From assembly GCF_006345805.1 (NCBI RefSeq), contig NC_043006.1, forward strand, positions 2,356,001-2,420,000: 64,000 nucleotides of DNA. Reading direction: 5' to 3'. This DNA comes from Octopus sinensis. Its lineage: Eukaryota. The position numbers and the translations under genes are program-made. Within the stretch, counting starts at the first letter, position 1. Every line of letters begins with the position of its first letter. The notes under the pieces are model-generated. The model did no database searches. It had not been told where the DNA came from and saw only the letters and a list, made by a program, of their open reading frames with translations. Positions 1 through 12,278 of this stretch are shown piece by piece.

Positions 1-36
1 CACTACACAGGCTCATCTGATTATTGTGCTAGCAGA
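1..36 (+). CDS. 3' part of a duplicated copy of the 2084-2133 exon (TTQAHLIIVLA)
   Basis: 1-70 matches 2098-2167 except two substitutions (gtg/gta, cta/ctt), both synonymous in this frame; same GA|GTATGA donor. 5' end lies outside the window. Confidence 0.45.
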
Positions 37-70
37 GTATGAAAGTTATTTAGCTCACATTTAAATCCTA

Positions 71-333
71 TGTTTTCCAGTTTCCTTGGCGTATAGGTTC
101 CCCACCTGAACGGGACGCCAGTCTGTCACAGGTGAGCTGCTTGATGCAGAAGAAAAGAGTGAGAGAAAGTTGTGGCGAAAGAGTCAGCAGAAGTTCCCCA
201 TTATCTTCTACCAGAGCCGTGTGGAGCTTAGGTGTTTTGCTCATAAACACACACATCGCCCAGTCTGAGATTCGAACCCGCGATCCCTCAACCGCGAGTC
301 CACTGCTCTAACCACTAGGCCATGTGCCTTCCA
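71..333 (-). mobile_element. tRNA-derived SINE, family A
   Basis: Minus strand starts GGCACATGGCCTAGTGGTTAGAG (A box) ... GGTTCGAATCTC (B box); second copy at 19752-20026. Confidence 0.85.
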
Positions 334-379
334 TTAAAAAAAATGATGGTAACTAATTGGCATTTTTTTTTCTTTGCTG

Positions 380-790
380 CTTTCACAGATTCCCATGACA
401 CTGTTGCCATCCAATTCCATTATTATGAATTTGGAAACTTGAGTTATAGTGAATATTTCATTAGATGGTTACACAATCATAGATGTCACCTCTATGGATG
501 CATAGCAGTTCCTCTTTTGACAGAGCTTTGAGATCCTGGTCGTTGATCTTCTAGGATTCCTCTACCCAGCATTAATGTAAGCAGCACTGCTGGCTCATTT
601 GAACTCATCTGCTACCTCTTCCCAATCTGCCAGGTTGCAGTCCCATGCCTTCTCTGGATCCCTAACAAGGTGGATGAATGGATGCTGTGCCTTGCTAAAG
701 GGCAGCTGTAACTATGCAGGGCATAGTCGTCACCCTGTGATGTATTTTCAAATACACACAAGGTTGGCAGAGAACAGTGCAATATAGTAA
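380..790 (-). repeat. Old dispersed repeat with decayed coding remnant, family unassigned
   Basis: Collinear by eye with 43440-43680 plus 44620-44780 in the opposite orientation (shared aataatggaa-tggatggcaacag and a KAxHPFxH-like peptide). Confidence 0.5.
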
Positions 791-826
791 TTTCTTGAAA
801 CAGCCACAATATTGGGAAAAAAAATA

Positions 827-1036
827 TACTCTCTCTTTTTACTCTTTTACTTGTTTCAGTCGTTTGACTGTGGCCATGCAGGAGCACTGCCTTTAGTTGA
901 GCAAATCGACCCCAGGACTTATACTTTGTGAGCCTAGTACTTATTCTATCAGTCTCTTTTGCCGAACTGCTAATTTATGGGGATGCAAACACACCAGCAT
1001 CGGTTGTCAAACGATGTTGGGTGGGGGGACAAACAT

Positions 1037-1101
<65 letters not shown>

Positions 1102-1283
1102 ATATACATACATATATATGACAGGCTTCTTTCAGTTTCCGTCTACCAAATCCACCCACAAGGCTTTGGTTGACCTGAGGCTACAGTAGACGACACTTGC
1201 CCAAGGTGTCATGCAGTGGGACCGAACCCAGAACCATGTGGTTCGTAAGCAAGCTACTTACCACACAGCCACTCCTACGCCTA
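827..1283 (-). mobile_element. Full-length tRNA-headed SINE, family B (CORE-like centre), with internal (CA)n(TA)n tract
   Basis: Head GGCGTAGGAGTGGCTGTGTGGTAAG; CCTTGGGCAAGTG core-like motif; tail ...AAACAAGTAAAAGAGT. Other full copies at 23872-24272(+), 35735-36130(-), 43681-44121(-), 55670-56075(-); many half copies. Confidence 0.85.
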
Positions 1284-1489
1284 TATACTTACATTAAAAA
1301 TTATTAATTTGGATGGAACAAAGGGAAGTCATGGGGTGAAGTACTGAAGAGGAAACTGAACCTTTCAGGCAAGATGACAAGGGACTGAGGTACGTGGCCC
1401 CTGGCTGCACTCAAGAAGACTTATACCCCACAGCAGAAAAGCTAAAGCTGATCCTTCTGGTGGTGTAAAGCACTTGTGGTGGTGTCACA

Positions 1490-1700
1490 TAAAAGTGTCC
1501 ATACAGTGCCACATAAAAGCGCCCATGTGGTGCCATGTAAAAGCATCCAGCACATTCTGTAAAGTTGTTGGTGTTAAGAAGGGCATCCAGTCATAGAAAC
1601 TATGCCAAATCAAACTGGATCTCCCCCATCTTGCCAGCTCTGATCCCACTGTCCAAGCTATGCCAGCATGGACATTGGACATTAAACGATGATGATGACT
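1490..1700 (+). mobile_element. RTE-type LINE 3' end fragment
   Basis: aagaagggcatccag ... ttaaacgatgatgatg tail, shared with more than 20 copies in the window. Confidence 0.7.
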
Positions 1701-1705
1701 AATAA

Positions 1706-1942
1706 TTCTTGTCTCTTTACTGCCCACAAGGGGCTAAACACAGGGGGGACAAACAAGGACTGACAAAGGGATTAAGTCGATTACATCGACCCCAGTGCAC
1801 AACTGGTACTTAATTTATCGACCCTGAAAGGATGAAAGGCAAAGTCAACCTCGGTGGAATTTGAACTCAGAACGTAACGAAAGACGAAATCCCGCTAAGC
1901 ATTTTGCCCAGTGTGCTAACGATTCTGCCAAGCTCACCGCCT
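1706..1942 (-). mobile_element. tRNA-headed SINE, family C
   Basis: Head GGCGGTGAGCTTGGCAGAATCGTTAGC; central GTTGACTTTGCCTTTCATCCTTTC..GGTCGATAAATTAAGTACCAG block. Other copies 3010-3245(+), 52405-52635(-), 60932-61135(+). Confidence 0.8.
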
Positions 1943-2083
1943 TGACCAGCTCATGACTAATAATTCTCTTAAGCAGATTAACACATGTTTCAAAAGGAAG
2001 TCTTTGTCATAAAAAGACAACACACAACCTTCTTTCCATCAGATCGTTGTTTTAAGTTTTTTTTTAAATCTAAAACATTGCAG

Positions 2084-2133
2084 GACAGTACCCAGCCCAC
2101 TACACAGGCTCATCTGATTATTGTACTTGCAGA
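2084..2133 (+). CDS. Internal exon of host gene (DSTQPTTQAHLIIVLA-), tentatively GREB1/GREB1L-like
   Basis: ttgcag| acceptor and |gtatga donor; 50 nt, phase 0 to 2, compatible with the next exon; synonymous-only divergence from its duplicate. Confidence 0.55.
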
Positions 2134-2304
2134 GTATGAAAGTTATTTAGCTCACATTTAAATCCTACGTTTATTAAAAGATATTTATTTCTCAGTGGAC
2201 TGAGTACTTATTTTGTTGCTCTTAACAATAATGAAACAGTACACTATATATGTGTGTGTGTGTGTATGTGTGTGTGTGTATGTGTGTGTGTATGTGTGTG
2301 TGTG

Positions 2305-2351
<47 letters not shown>

Positions 2352-3289
2352 AAAGAGAGGTTATAATTATCTATCAAAAAAACATAAAACTAGCTAATGT
2401 CACAATTTGGTTGTTGGCCAAAACATTTAGATAGAATCAGATGTTTCACAGTTTAAATTTGAAATGTACACACATAAATACACTCATACACACACAAAAA
2501 TATACACTCAGCCCTACACACACACACACATACACACACACATACACACATACACACACACATACACACATACACACATTCAAACACACTCACATACATG
2601 CATACATATACAAATACATATACACACACACACACACATATATGTTTATTATCTCAAGGAGATTTTGAATTATTCTGGTCCAAGATCTAGAGCGAAAATT
2701 GAGATTTCAGTCAGAATGTATTATGGCTAAATACAATTAGGAAGGAATTCTGTACCAACATCAACAGTAAAACATATACAATCAACCCTGAGATTTTCGC
2801 CATAGCTGTAGAAGTAGACAGTGGGAAGGTACCTGGAAGGGAATTGGTAGTTGGAGACTGATGCAAGAGGCTGGCCTTCTACAGAATGTGCTATTAATAT
2901 GAATACTCAAAAGAATTATGGATAGCCAGATTGACATCACAGTTTGGTTTACTATCACACAGATGAATCTTGTGGTCAAGAAAAAAACCACTGAGTTGGG
3001 AGAAAACTAAGGTGGCAAGTTGGCAGAAATGTTAGCACACCGGGAAAAATGCTGAGCGGTATTTCGTCTGCCATTACGTTCTGAGTTCAAATTCCGCCAA
3101 GGTTGACTTTGCCTTTCATCCTTTTGGGGTCGATAAATTAAGTACCAGTTATACACTGGGGTGGATGTAATCAATTTAATCCCTTTGTCTGTCCTTGTTT
3201 GTCCCCTCTATGTTTAGCTCCTTGTGAGCAATAAAGAAATAAGAAAACTATAGGCCCATTGCTTATCTAAACATTATGTAAAAGCTTTA

Positions 3290-3540
3290 TGCCTAGTGGT
3301 TAGGTCGTTGCACTCGCAATCCCTAGATTGTGGGTTTGATTCCTGGATTGAGTGGCACTTTGTGTTCTTGGGTAAAAGACTTCATTTCATGCTGTTCCAG
3401 TCCACTCACCTATAAATGGATATCCCTGCAGCCAACTAGTCTTATGATCAGGGGTAGCGTTGGCTTGTTCACCTCGCCAGCAGGGTGGCATCATTTGAAA
3501 GCTAAAACAATGCATCGTGACCAGTGATGTCTTACAACAT
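3290..3540 (+). mobile_element. tRNA-headed SINE, family D (diverged)
   Basis: GCCTAGTGGTTAGG head and tttcatgctgttccagtccactca body shared with 42421-42662, 6868-7190 and 56412-56735. Confidence 0.7.
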
Positions 3541-3743
3541 TCAATTGGCCGGTGGATCATTATATTGCAAGATATATAAACGTTGCACAAGCTGGCTGTG
3601 TGGTAAGAAATTTGCTTCCAAACCAGATGGTTCCAGTTTCAGTCCCCCTGCGTGATACCTTGGGTGAGTGCCTTCTACTACAGCCTCGGGCTGACAAAAG
3701 CCTTGTAGGTGGATTTGGTAGAGGGAAACTGAAAGAAGCCTGT

Positions 3744-3783
<40 letters not shown>

Positions 3784-3786
<3 letters not shown>

Positions 3787-4267
3787 GGGTTGGATAAAAT
3801 AATGGAAACACCTAGCATCATAATTTTGTTTTGAAATATCTATAAAACCTTCAAAGGCTTGTTCATTATTATGTTTTTTGATTCATTATTAGTATTGCTT
3901 AATATACTTTAATAAAATTGCTGTTTCTTTTCAGATATCATCAGAAAAAGGTAATTAAAATTCATTAAAATGACAGATCTATCAGGCTTTCAAAGAACTC
4001 AAATTGTTGGTGCTTGTATGGTAGGTGCTAGTGTAACGAAAACATTTATGGTGCATTTAGAAAACAAGTAAGGAGTCAATATCCTCCACCATCATCACTT
4101 CAAGAACTGAAGAATGGAGAAAAATTCCTTTGGAAACAATTCAAACTTCATACGAATCCATACCTCATAGAATTCAAGCTGTAATTACTACCAAAGTGGT
4201 CCTACCCCATATTAAAATAAATTTGTTTGAAATTTTAAGGTGATTCTATTATTTTGCCCAACCCTTG
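3784..4267 (+). mobile_element. Internally deleted Tc1-family transposon
   Basis: ~30-bp imperfect TIRs (CAGGGGTTGGATAAAATAATGGAAACACCT and its inverse) flanked by TA; keeps the transposase N-terminus MTDLSGFQRTQIVGACMVGASVTKT fused to the C-terminus WRKIPLETIQTSYESIPHRIQAVIT. Confidence 0.85.
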
Positions 4268-5052
4268 TATGTATGTCTTTGTGTCTGTGTTTGTTCCCCC
4301 CCACCACCACCACCACCACAATCACTTGACAACCGATGATGGTGTGTTTACATCCCTGTAACTTAGTGGTTTGGTAAAAAAAAAAAAACGATAGAATAAG
4401 TACCAGGCTCACAAAGAATAAGTCCTGGGGTTGATTTCTTTGAATAACAAAGGCAGTGCTCCAGCATGGCCACAGTCAAATGACTGAAACAAGCAAAAGA
4501 ATAAAAGAATAAGCTGTCTCAACCGACTCATCCAGGATCTTTGCGAATCTAATTCTATAATGATTGATGAGCAAGCATAATGATTGATGGAAAGGGGGTT
4601 GGGAGATGTGTCAAACAAACATTGATGAACAAAACTCCCTAATTTGGCATGATTTCCTAATGCCAACCACTCAAAGAGTGTAATGGGTGCTTTTATGTGC
4701 CACCGGCATAGTTGCCATTTGTGTGACACTGGTATCTGCCATGACTGATTTTGCTCAGCTTGATGGGTCTTCTTCTCAAGCACCACATAATGCCAAAGGT
4801 CTCAGTTATTGCTTCCATGAGGCCCAACACTTGAGAGGAACTCAGCCACTTTGCCTTCATGAGGACCAACGCTCAAAAGGTGCTCTTTATGCACCACCAG
4901 CACAGGTGCCAGTTATATGACCCCTGTATCAGTCAGGATTTCACCAGGCTTAATGGGTCTTCTCAAGCACAGAAACCTTGTTATAGTATGGCTTGACAAT
5001 AAGAACACACTGACTCTATATGGAAGAACAGTCTCTAAACTGAATCATGTCT

Positions 5053-5475
5053 TTGTAAATCCTCGAGTATAGTCTGCACTTGAGTATAATACGCAGGGGA
5101 TTTTTAGGGGGCTGTACCTCTGAAAAACCTAAACCTTGTGTATAATACACACCCCTTCTCTAACTTGAGTCAAGGAGGTCTATATAACGTTCTTGGTTTG
5201 TAAAAATGTATACGGTAATGTCCTTTATTATTATTGTATATATAGTATAATACAAACGTGTAGCTTTTTTGTGCATTTTGTTTGAAGAAAATAAAGAAAT
5301 AACAGTAATAACGTTTAATAAATGTTGCTTACTGCAAGTTATGGATAATTCTTTTATGACTTCATTGCTTTAAGGCTTAGCTTAATGTATTTTCGCCCCC
5401 GACATCACAAAATGCCTCTGAATAAACATTTTAAATTTTGGGGAAAAAATGCGGATTATACTCAAGGATTTACGG
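5053..5475 (+). mobile_element. pogo/Tc2-like non-autonomous element (short deletion form)
   Basis: TIR GTAAATCCTCGAGTATA / TATACTCAAGGATTTACGG-TA; collinear with 18149-19071 but lacking ~500 bp of interior. Confidence 0.75.
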
Positions 5476-6867
5476 TATAGTGATGATGATTTAGATAGGT
5501 TACACTAAGTCCAGTGTTCAACTGGTATGTATTTTATCTTCATGGTTGCTGAAGCCTCTGCACCTAGTAAAAGTACGTGCTACCTTAGATGCTGCCATTG
5601 AGGGGTCCACAAAGGCTTGGGTAACAATCATCACTCACAATTGATAGTAGAATGATTGTTTCCATTGTTACAAATATTCCAAAGAGAATATTCCAATGAA
5701 ATAGTTTTACTGTAATTCTGTTTATTTTGGGATAAAATCAGTTATTATTTTCTATTTTTTATTTCAAAAGTCCAATGGCTACACACTAGGATTTGTAACT
5801 GCTAGAGATACCAATAAAAAAACATAATTTCTTTGTGGATGACCTGAAGTTCTATGCTAAAAATGTTTACAATACGAAAAACAGCTGAAGTTAATAGCAA
5901 CATTTTCAGCTGATATATGAATGGAATTTGGCCAAGAGAAGTGTTCTTATCTAATTGCTGCACATGACAAATCAGTCCCCCAAGCCTAGAACTTGTGCAT
6001 CAATGGTGTCTCTATCTCTTGTGTTTCACACATAAAGGATGCTGCAAATACTTAGGCGTTGATGAACACATATCATGCAAAGATGCTGTGAACAAAAATA
6101 GAGTGATTTCAGAATATTACGGCAGACTTTAAAAACTATAACAATCAGAACTTCTTACAAGACAATATCTTACAACACATTCACAGTACCAGGGCAGATA
6201 CCGACGTTTGGCTTCTTGACTGGTAAGTTGGATGAAATCATTAATGCCTGTTTGATCCTCACACCAACCAGAAGCTTCCACAGAAAAAGTGATATAAACA
6301 GGCTGTTTTTCAGAAGAGACAAAGGAGGTAGAAACTTTAGTTGATTGCAGGTAGGTTTTGATGTATAGTATCTCTCAGTTAGCACCTGCTTAAAAACAGC
6401 AGCAAAAATAAATATATGAACCAAGTATGGAAAAGCAAAGGGAATAAAATCCTCTTTGGCAGTGAGTTCTTCAAGACAATGCCAAAACAGCTGGACTACC
6501 ATACCTCAAAAAAAATCTAAATGTGAAATGACCAACATACCAAAAACAAACTTGGCAGGGGTATGTTCCCCGAAGCTTTGAAGCTGATACTAATATCAAC
6601 AAGATGTGCAGTCTTTCTTGGACTTTTAAGAGATCACTACCAAATGTCTAATGAACAAAAGAGACAGTGCAACATTTGGAGTTCCAAAGCTGCAACCAAA
6701 ATTGTTGATTATGCCACAGATTTCTGAATGACATCACGTGGTCAGCACCAACAGCTGGACCAAAATGTCAAGGAACTACTTTCCTCTGAAATATGATAGA
6801 GCCACTAAAGAAATATACAATGCTACCCCAAATCCAAAAGAATCCTGGGACAAATATAGAGAATCGT

Positions 6868-7190
6868 AGAGGGTAAAGGGTAAAGACCCCCTTCGGTCAT
6901 GAATGACCATAGGATTGCACCTAGAAGGTTACCCTCCGAGGCATAAGCCCAGGCAAGGTTGTTTATGGAAGACCAGCAGTTGCCCATGCAACCTCCCCTC
7001 TGCATGTCACTGATGTTGTCCAAGGGAAAGGCAAAGGGGCTGATACAGCTTGGCACCATTGAAGTCACTACTCATTTCTACAGCTGAGTGACCTGGAGCA
7101 ACGTGAAAGAAAGTGTCTTGCTCAAGAACACAAGACACAGCCCAGTCCAGGAATCAAACTCACTGCCTCATGACTGAGCCCAACACTCAT
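6868..7190 (-). mobile_element. SINE family D copy inserted in the R4/Dong relic
   Basis: gagcaacgtgaaa-aaagtgtcttgctcaag body shared with 56412-56735; its tail is also seen at 32505-32612. Confidence 0.7.
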
Positions 7191-7300
7191 GTATTTAGTA
7201 ACTGGAGTTACTAAATACATGCCTAAATATCAACACAAGGAATATTGGTGGAAAATTCCCATCAAAACTCCTACCAAGTACAAACATAAGTTGGAATGTA

Positions 7301-8573
7301 TTAGGTCGTCAAGTATGAAATTTGTAGTAAGGTTTATGGTAACCTTTAACAGCTGCTCATTTTGCACTATTATTATATTTTGATAATCTTTATTTTTTGT
7401 TAGAAAGCTGACACATCTATTTCCTTATTCTAACTCATTTTGCACTTTATAGAGTATTTATAAATTGGTTTTTGATATTTTTGTTTAGGGAGGGATAAGT
7501 CAGAAATTCATAGAGTTTTTAAATGAGTTCTTTCTTAGAAATACAGCATTACAGGCAGCTCAGAATATTAATGGAGCATTTCATTTTAATGTCATTACAC
7601 AGACAATATGAAATTGGTTTGCAAAATTTTGTTCTGGTAACTTTGACCGCACAAATGAGTAATGCAGTCGACCAGAAACAAAGGTGGATAATGATGAACT
7701 GAAAGCCACCGTTGAGTCAGATCCATCTCAAAATGCCTGTGAATTATCGTTGTTGTTTGGTGTTAGCAAGCCAACAATATTGACTCACCTGGTTCAAATT
7801 GGTAAAGTGAAAAATATGGATAAGTGGGTTCAACATGAACTCAATGAAAATCAGAAACAGAAATGTTCGGAAGCCTGCATTATGCTACTTTCTCGTCACA
7901 AGAATGAATCATTTTTGAACTGAATTGTAAGATGTGATGAGAAATGGATCCAATACAACAACCGTAAATGTTCAGCACAATTATTGGACAAAGACAAGCC
8001 ACCAAAACACAGTCCAAAAAGCAAAATTCCTCAAAAGAAGTTGATGCTATGTTTGGTGTTCTGGCACAGGTGTGATCCATTATGATTTCATTAAACCTGG
8101 CTCATCAATCACAGCCGAAGTATACTGCAGCCAACTGGACCAAATGATGCAGAAACTTACAAAAAACAGCCTAGATTAGTCAACAGATCCATTCCTATTT
8201 TATTGCAGGACAATGCCAGACCACACATCGCAAAAATTGGGGAAACTAGAAGAGTTGGAGTTGGAAGTTCTCTATCATCCACCATACTCACCTGATCTTG
8301 CACCCACTGACTACCACTTCTTCCAGAATTTGGATAACTTTTTGATAGGAAAAGAATTCAATTCCGACGATGCTGTAAAACAGGCCTTCCAAGATTTTAT
8401 TGAAGCTAGATTGCCAGGCATTTACAGTTCTGGGCTGGACAAGCTACCACTGAAATGGCAAAAGCGTATTGATAATATGGGTGCTTACTTTGATGAATAA
8501 AACTATTCCTTGTACTTATAAAACATTAGCAAACTTTTTTTCTTTTCTACAAATTTCATATTTGACATCCTAA
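7301..8573 (+). mobile_element. Full-length defective mariner transposon (1273 bp)
   Basis: 25-bp imperfect TIRs (TTAGGTCGTCAAGTATGAAATTTGT / ACAAATTTCATATTTGACATCCTAA) with TA on both sides; ORF pieces 7684-7923 (WVQHEL) and 8213-8500 (HPPYSPDLAPTDYHFF..GAYFDE*); stops and frameshifts. Confidence 0.92.
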
Positions 8574-8951
8574 TAAATGTTTGGGACCAACGAGTATAAA
8601 AACTTGTTGTGCCACAGAGGTTAGTTATCTTGCTGGTGTGAATATTTATTCAAAAATCAAATAGAAAGGTGACTACAGACAATTACTTTGAAACTTTGGC
8701 ACCCTTCATTTTGTGAACAAATGCCTCAGAGACAGTCTGAATAAGCTAGGATTTTCAGAAAAAGAAATCAAGCAGCAAATTTGCACATTATATATACAAT
8801 CTGTAAGTGGAACAATAAAAATATACAAGACTTTTATCAAGTTCAACATGTATGACAGTGATTTTGTTTTCTGTATTCCAAGGATGGAGCATTGTATTTT
8901 CAGTAGAAGCTAGCGCTTACTTTGCAGGAAGAATTTCAAATAATTTAAAAT

Positions 8952-8993
<42 letters not shown>

Positions 8994-9576
8994 TATATAC
9001 ATACACAAACCCATAGCTACATACATATATTGTTAACCAAATATACATTTGACCACCATCAGACAACAGGGATGGTATATAAAATATATATTTCTCCAGA
9101 GGTGACGAATAAATATACAGATAGTTATTTTTTAATATCATTAAATGGTAATTATTTCTTAATATTTAGTTTTAATTTGTGAATTCACTAGAGGAGGCAA
9201 TGAATAATAGAAGTTATAAAACTAGGAATGAGATTTATCTACTTTGTGTGTGTGTGTGGTTGTATGATGTGTGAGTGTATATATGTGTGCGTGTATGTAT
9301 ATATGCATGCATACATTTCTATATATGTGTGTAGGTCTATGTAATATCTATCGATTTATCCATCTATCTATATATCTATTTATATATATGCATAAATATA
9401 TGTAATATATATATGTATATATGTGTGTGTGTGTGTATATATATAGATATACATATATATATGTATATCTATATATCTATATATGTATATATGTATATAT
9501 GTATATATATATATATATATTATATATATATATATATATATGCGTGTGTGTGTGTATATCATCATCATCATCATCA

Positions 9577-10280
9577 TCATCGTTTAACGTCCGTTTTCCG
9601 TGCTAGCACGGGTTGGACGGTTCGACCGGGGTCTGGGAAGCCAGGGGCTGCTCCAGGCTTCAGTCTGATCTGGCAGAGTTTCTACGGCTGGATGCCTTCC
9701 TAACGCCAACCACTCCGCGAGTGTAGTGGGTGCTTTTTACGTGCCACCTGCACAGGTGCCGGGGGTGTCCGGCATCGGTCATGATCTGTTCGGGCTTTTA
9801 ACGTGCTAGCGGCACGGAAGCCAGCCAAGGCGGCGCTGGCAACGTTCGGATGGTCTTTTTTTATGTGCCACCGGCACAGAGGCCAGTCAGGGCGGCGCTG
9901 GCATCGGCCACGTTCAGATGGTGCTTTTTATGTGCCACCAGCACAGAAGCCAGTCGGGGCGGCGCTGGCATTGGCTACGTTCGGATAGTAGTTTTTATGT
10001 GCCACCGGCACAGGCATCATAACTACTATTTCCATTGATATTTATTTCGACGTTCATGTTCATGTACTTGACTCAACAGGTCTCCTCAAGCACCGCGGGA
10101 CGATCTGGGATCCGGGGTACTTTGAATGGGCAGGGGCTATGCGGAACTGATGCAGGAAGCAGCCCAGGTCTTTGCAGTCACACACAGCATATCTCCAGAG
10201 ATCTCGGTCCTTCGCCGTTGCCTCAGTGAGGCCAATGCTCTGAGGTCATGCTTGACTACCTCATCCCATGTCTTCCTGGG

Positions 10281-10285
<5 letters not shown>
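9577..10285 (-). mobile_element. RTE-clade LINE 3' portion: ORF end, repetitive 3'UTR and (GAT)n tail
   Basis: Minus strand [25 protein letters not shown] at 10285-10170, then the UTR with internal tandem units and the AAACGATGATGATG tail. Identifies the abundant short copies as RTE 3' ends. Confidence 0.85.
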
Positions 10286-10286
<1 letters not shown>

Positions 10287-10350
<64 letters not shown>

Positions 10351-10417
10351 CATATATATGTGTATATATATATATATATATACATGTATGTATATATATA
10401 TATTATATATATATATG

Positions 10418-10451
<34 letters not shown>

Positions 10452-10465
10452 TATATATATATAAT

Positions 10466-10520
<55 letters not shown>
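10287..10520. repeat. Long interrupted (TA)n microsatellite
   Basis: Direct inspection; similar tracts at 28565-28692, 34655-34712 and 40455-40730. Confidence 0.95.
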
Positions 10521-10524
<4 letters not shown>

Positions 10525-10674
10525 TAATGACTTGTAGGCACGTGGTACTTATGCTATTTTGTTATGCAACCATAATATACTATAAAGTATATTAAATGTT
10601 TTTTAAGTCAACGCCATGTTCTACTGTGGTAGCAGTGCTTTATACGTTATTTTGTTGAATATGGTGGCTGAGAG

Positions 10675-11667
10675 AGTACTTCCAAGTTCAGTAACTTGAG
10701 TAGCATTCTTTGTGCAACATGCAGTCATCGCAACATGCAGTCTTGTGCAACATGCAGTCTTGCAAGAGATTTGGTCTGTCTCAATTAACCAATCTTGGTT
10801 GTTTAATTGCAAGTTCACTCATGACTTCATTCAGTTGGTTGATGTATACATCCTCTATAATTGACTTACCAGGTCTCATGAAGCTCCAGTGGATGACACA
10901 AGCACTGGACCATCAAACAGACACCATTAGTTTTTTGGTGAATATTCTTTTTTCGATTGCGTTTTGACACTTTGTCTCTATCAAACCACCATGCAGAACA
11001 CTTGCTATTGTTGAAAAGAATCCATTTTCATCACATGTAACAACATGATGCAAAATTGGTTCACTTTTATGTCATGTCAGCAAAGAACAGCAAGTTTCAA
11101 GACGACGTGTCATTTGATGCTCATTCAGTTTGTGTGGTGCCCACATGTCCAGTGCCTTTACCTTGTTGATTTCTTTCAGATGATCCAATACAGTTGGAAT
11201 TGAAACACCAAACCTCGCTGCTAACTCTGGCATAGTTTGAGACGTATCCGCTTCCACTACAGTTTCCAGCTCATCATTATCCATCTTGGTCTGAGGTCTA
11301 CCATGGGGCTGATTTTCAAGAGGAAAGTCACCAGACCAGAACTTCCCAAACCATTGGCATACAGTGCACTCATTCGCCACATCTTCACCAAACACTTCAT
11401 TGATGTTTCAGGTTGTCTGGGATGCATTGGTTCCACAATGGAACTCACATTCACAAAGAACACGAAATTTTGATCCATGGGTTCACAAAAATGGATTTAG
11501 AAGAGAAAACTCACAATGTGATCAGACACCATGAATTGCATTTCGAAAAGTGATGATGTAACTCTTCAATGTTGTAAAACAAAGAATTGTCAGAATAAAA
11601 TGTTAGAGTTAACGACTGTCAAACTTGGTGCAGAAGAAAATCAGACATTTTATTCTTAATAACCTGA
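10675..11667 (-). mobile_element. 3'-truncated mariner transposon
   Basis: 5' TIR TCAGGTTATTAAGAATAAAATGTCTGA next to TA; ORF 11072-11395 (GRP..DNDEL..WAPHKL); LMVSVWWSSA.VIHW..QD further on; no YSPDL segment or 3' TIR found. Confidence 0.85.
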
Positions 11668-11708
11668 TACATATTTAAACATATATACATATATATACAT
11701 ATACATAC

Positions 11709-11759
<51 letters not shown>

Positions 11760-12208
11760 AATATTTATAAATACATATATATGTGTATGTATACATATAT
11801 GTGTGTATATATATCATCACCTCCACCACCATCATTACCCTAATGGTTTTAACATCTAGTTTTCTATGCTTGCATGGGTCAGACAGCACTATGTTAAGGC
11901 AGAGTTTTCTACAGCAAGATGCTCTTCCTGGTGCCTATAGAAACACACACACACACACACACAGCTGTCTGGGTTATTCAGATGCAAATTGCATAGTTCA
12001 GTTTCTCTGGGGGTACCTTGTCTACTTTCCTTCTATCTAAGGAATATTTTGTTCAATACTTTATGAGTCATTTTTATAACATTTGAGCAACTTCATAAAA
12101 AGACATTTTCAAATTTCTCAACGCTTCAAAATATGATCCGAAACAAACACGTTTCCTTTCTTATTTGTAACATTAAAGCTTCTAATTTGACAGTTAAATA
12201 TTTGCAAG

Positions 12209-12278
12209 TCTCCCTGAAGTAGGGGTACCACAGCTTTCTGATCTGTGCCAGACTCAGACAAATAGTCCAATTCCTGTG
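12209..12278 (+). CDS. Internal exon of host gene (-LPEVGVPQLSDLCQTQTNSPIPV)
   Basis: tttgcaag| acceptor and |gttagc donor; 70 nt, phase 2 to 0; non-repetitive island; joins the neighbouring exons without a stop. Confidence 0.55.

Larger units (their letters stand above)
5640..8860 (+). mobile_element. Degenerate R4/Dong-clade non-LTR retrotransposon (RT to RLE region), interrupted by two younger insertions
   Basis: Decayed motifs in order: IFQ*NSF, FFVDDLKFYAK (~5830), YLGVDE, HRKSDINRLFFRRDKGGR (~6290), WWKIPIKTPTKYKH (~7245), resuming after 8575 with VWD..GTLHFVNKCLRDSLNKLG..GTIKIYKTF. Confidence 0.7.

Noticed and set aside
3941-3958. Perfect-looking 16-nt micro-exon (ttttcag|atatcatcagaaaaag|gtaatt)
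   Set aside because: It lies in the 5' leader of a Tc1 relic and would frameshift the host model; no evidence of use.
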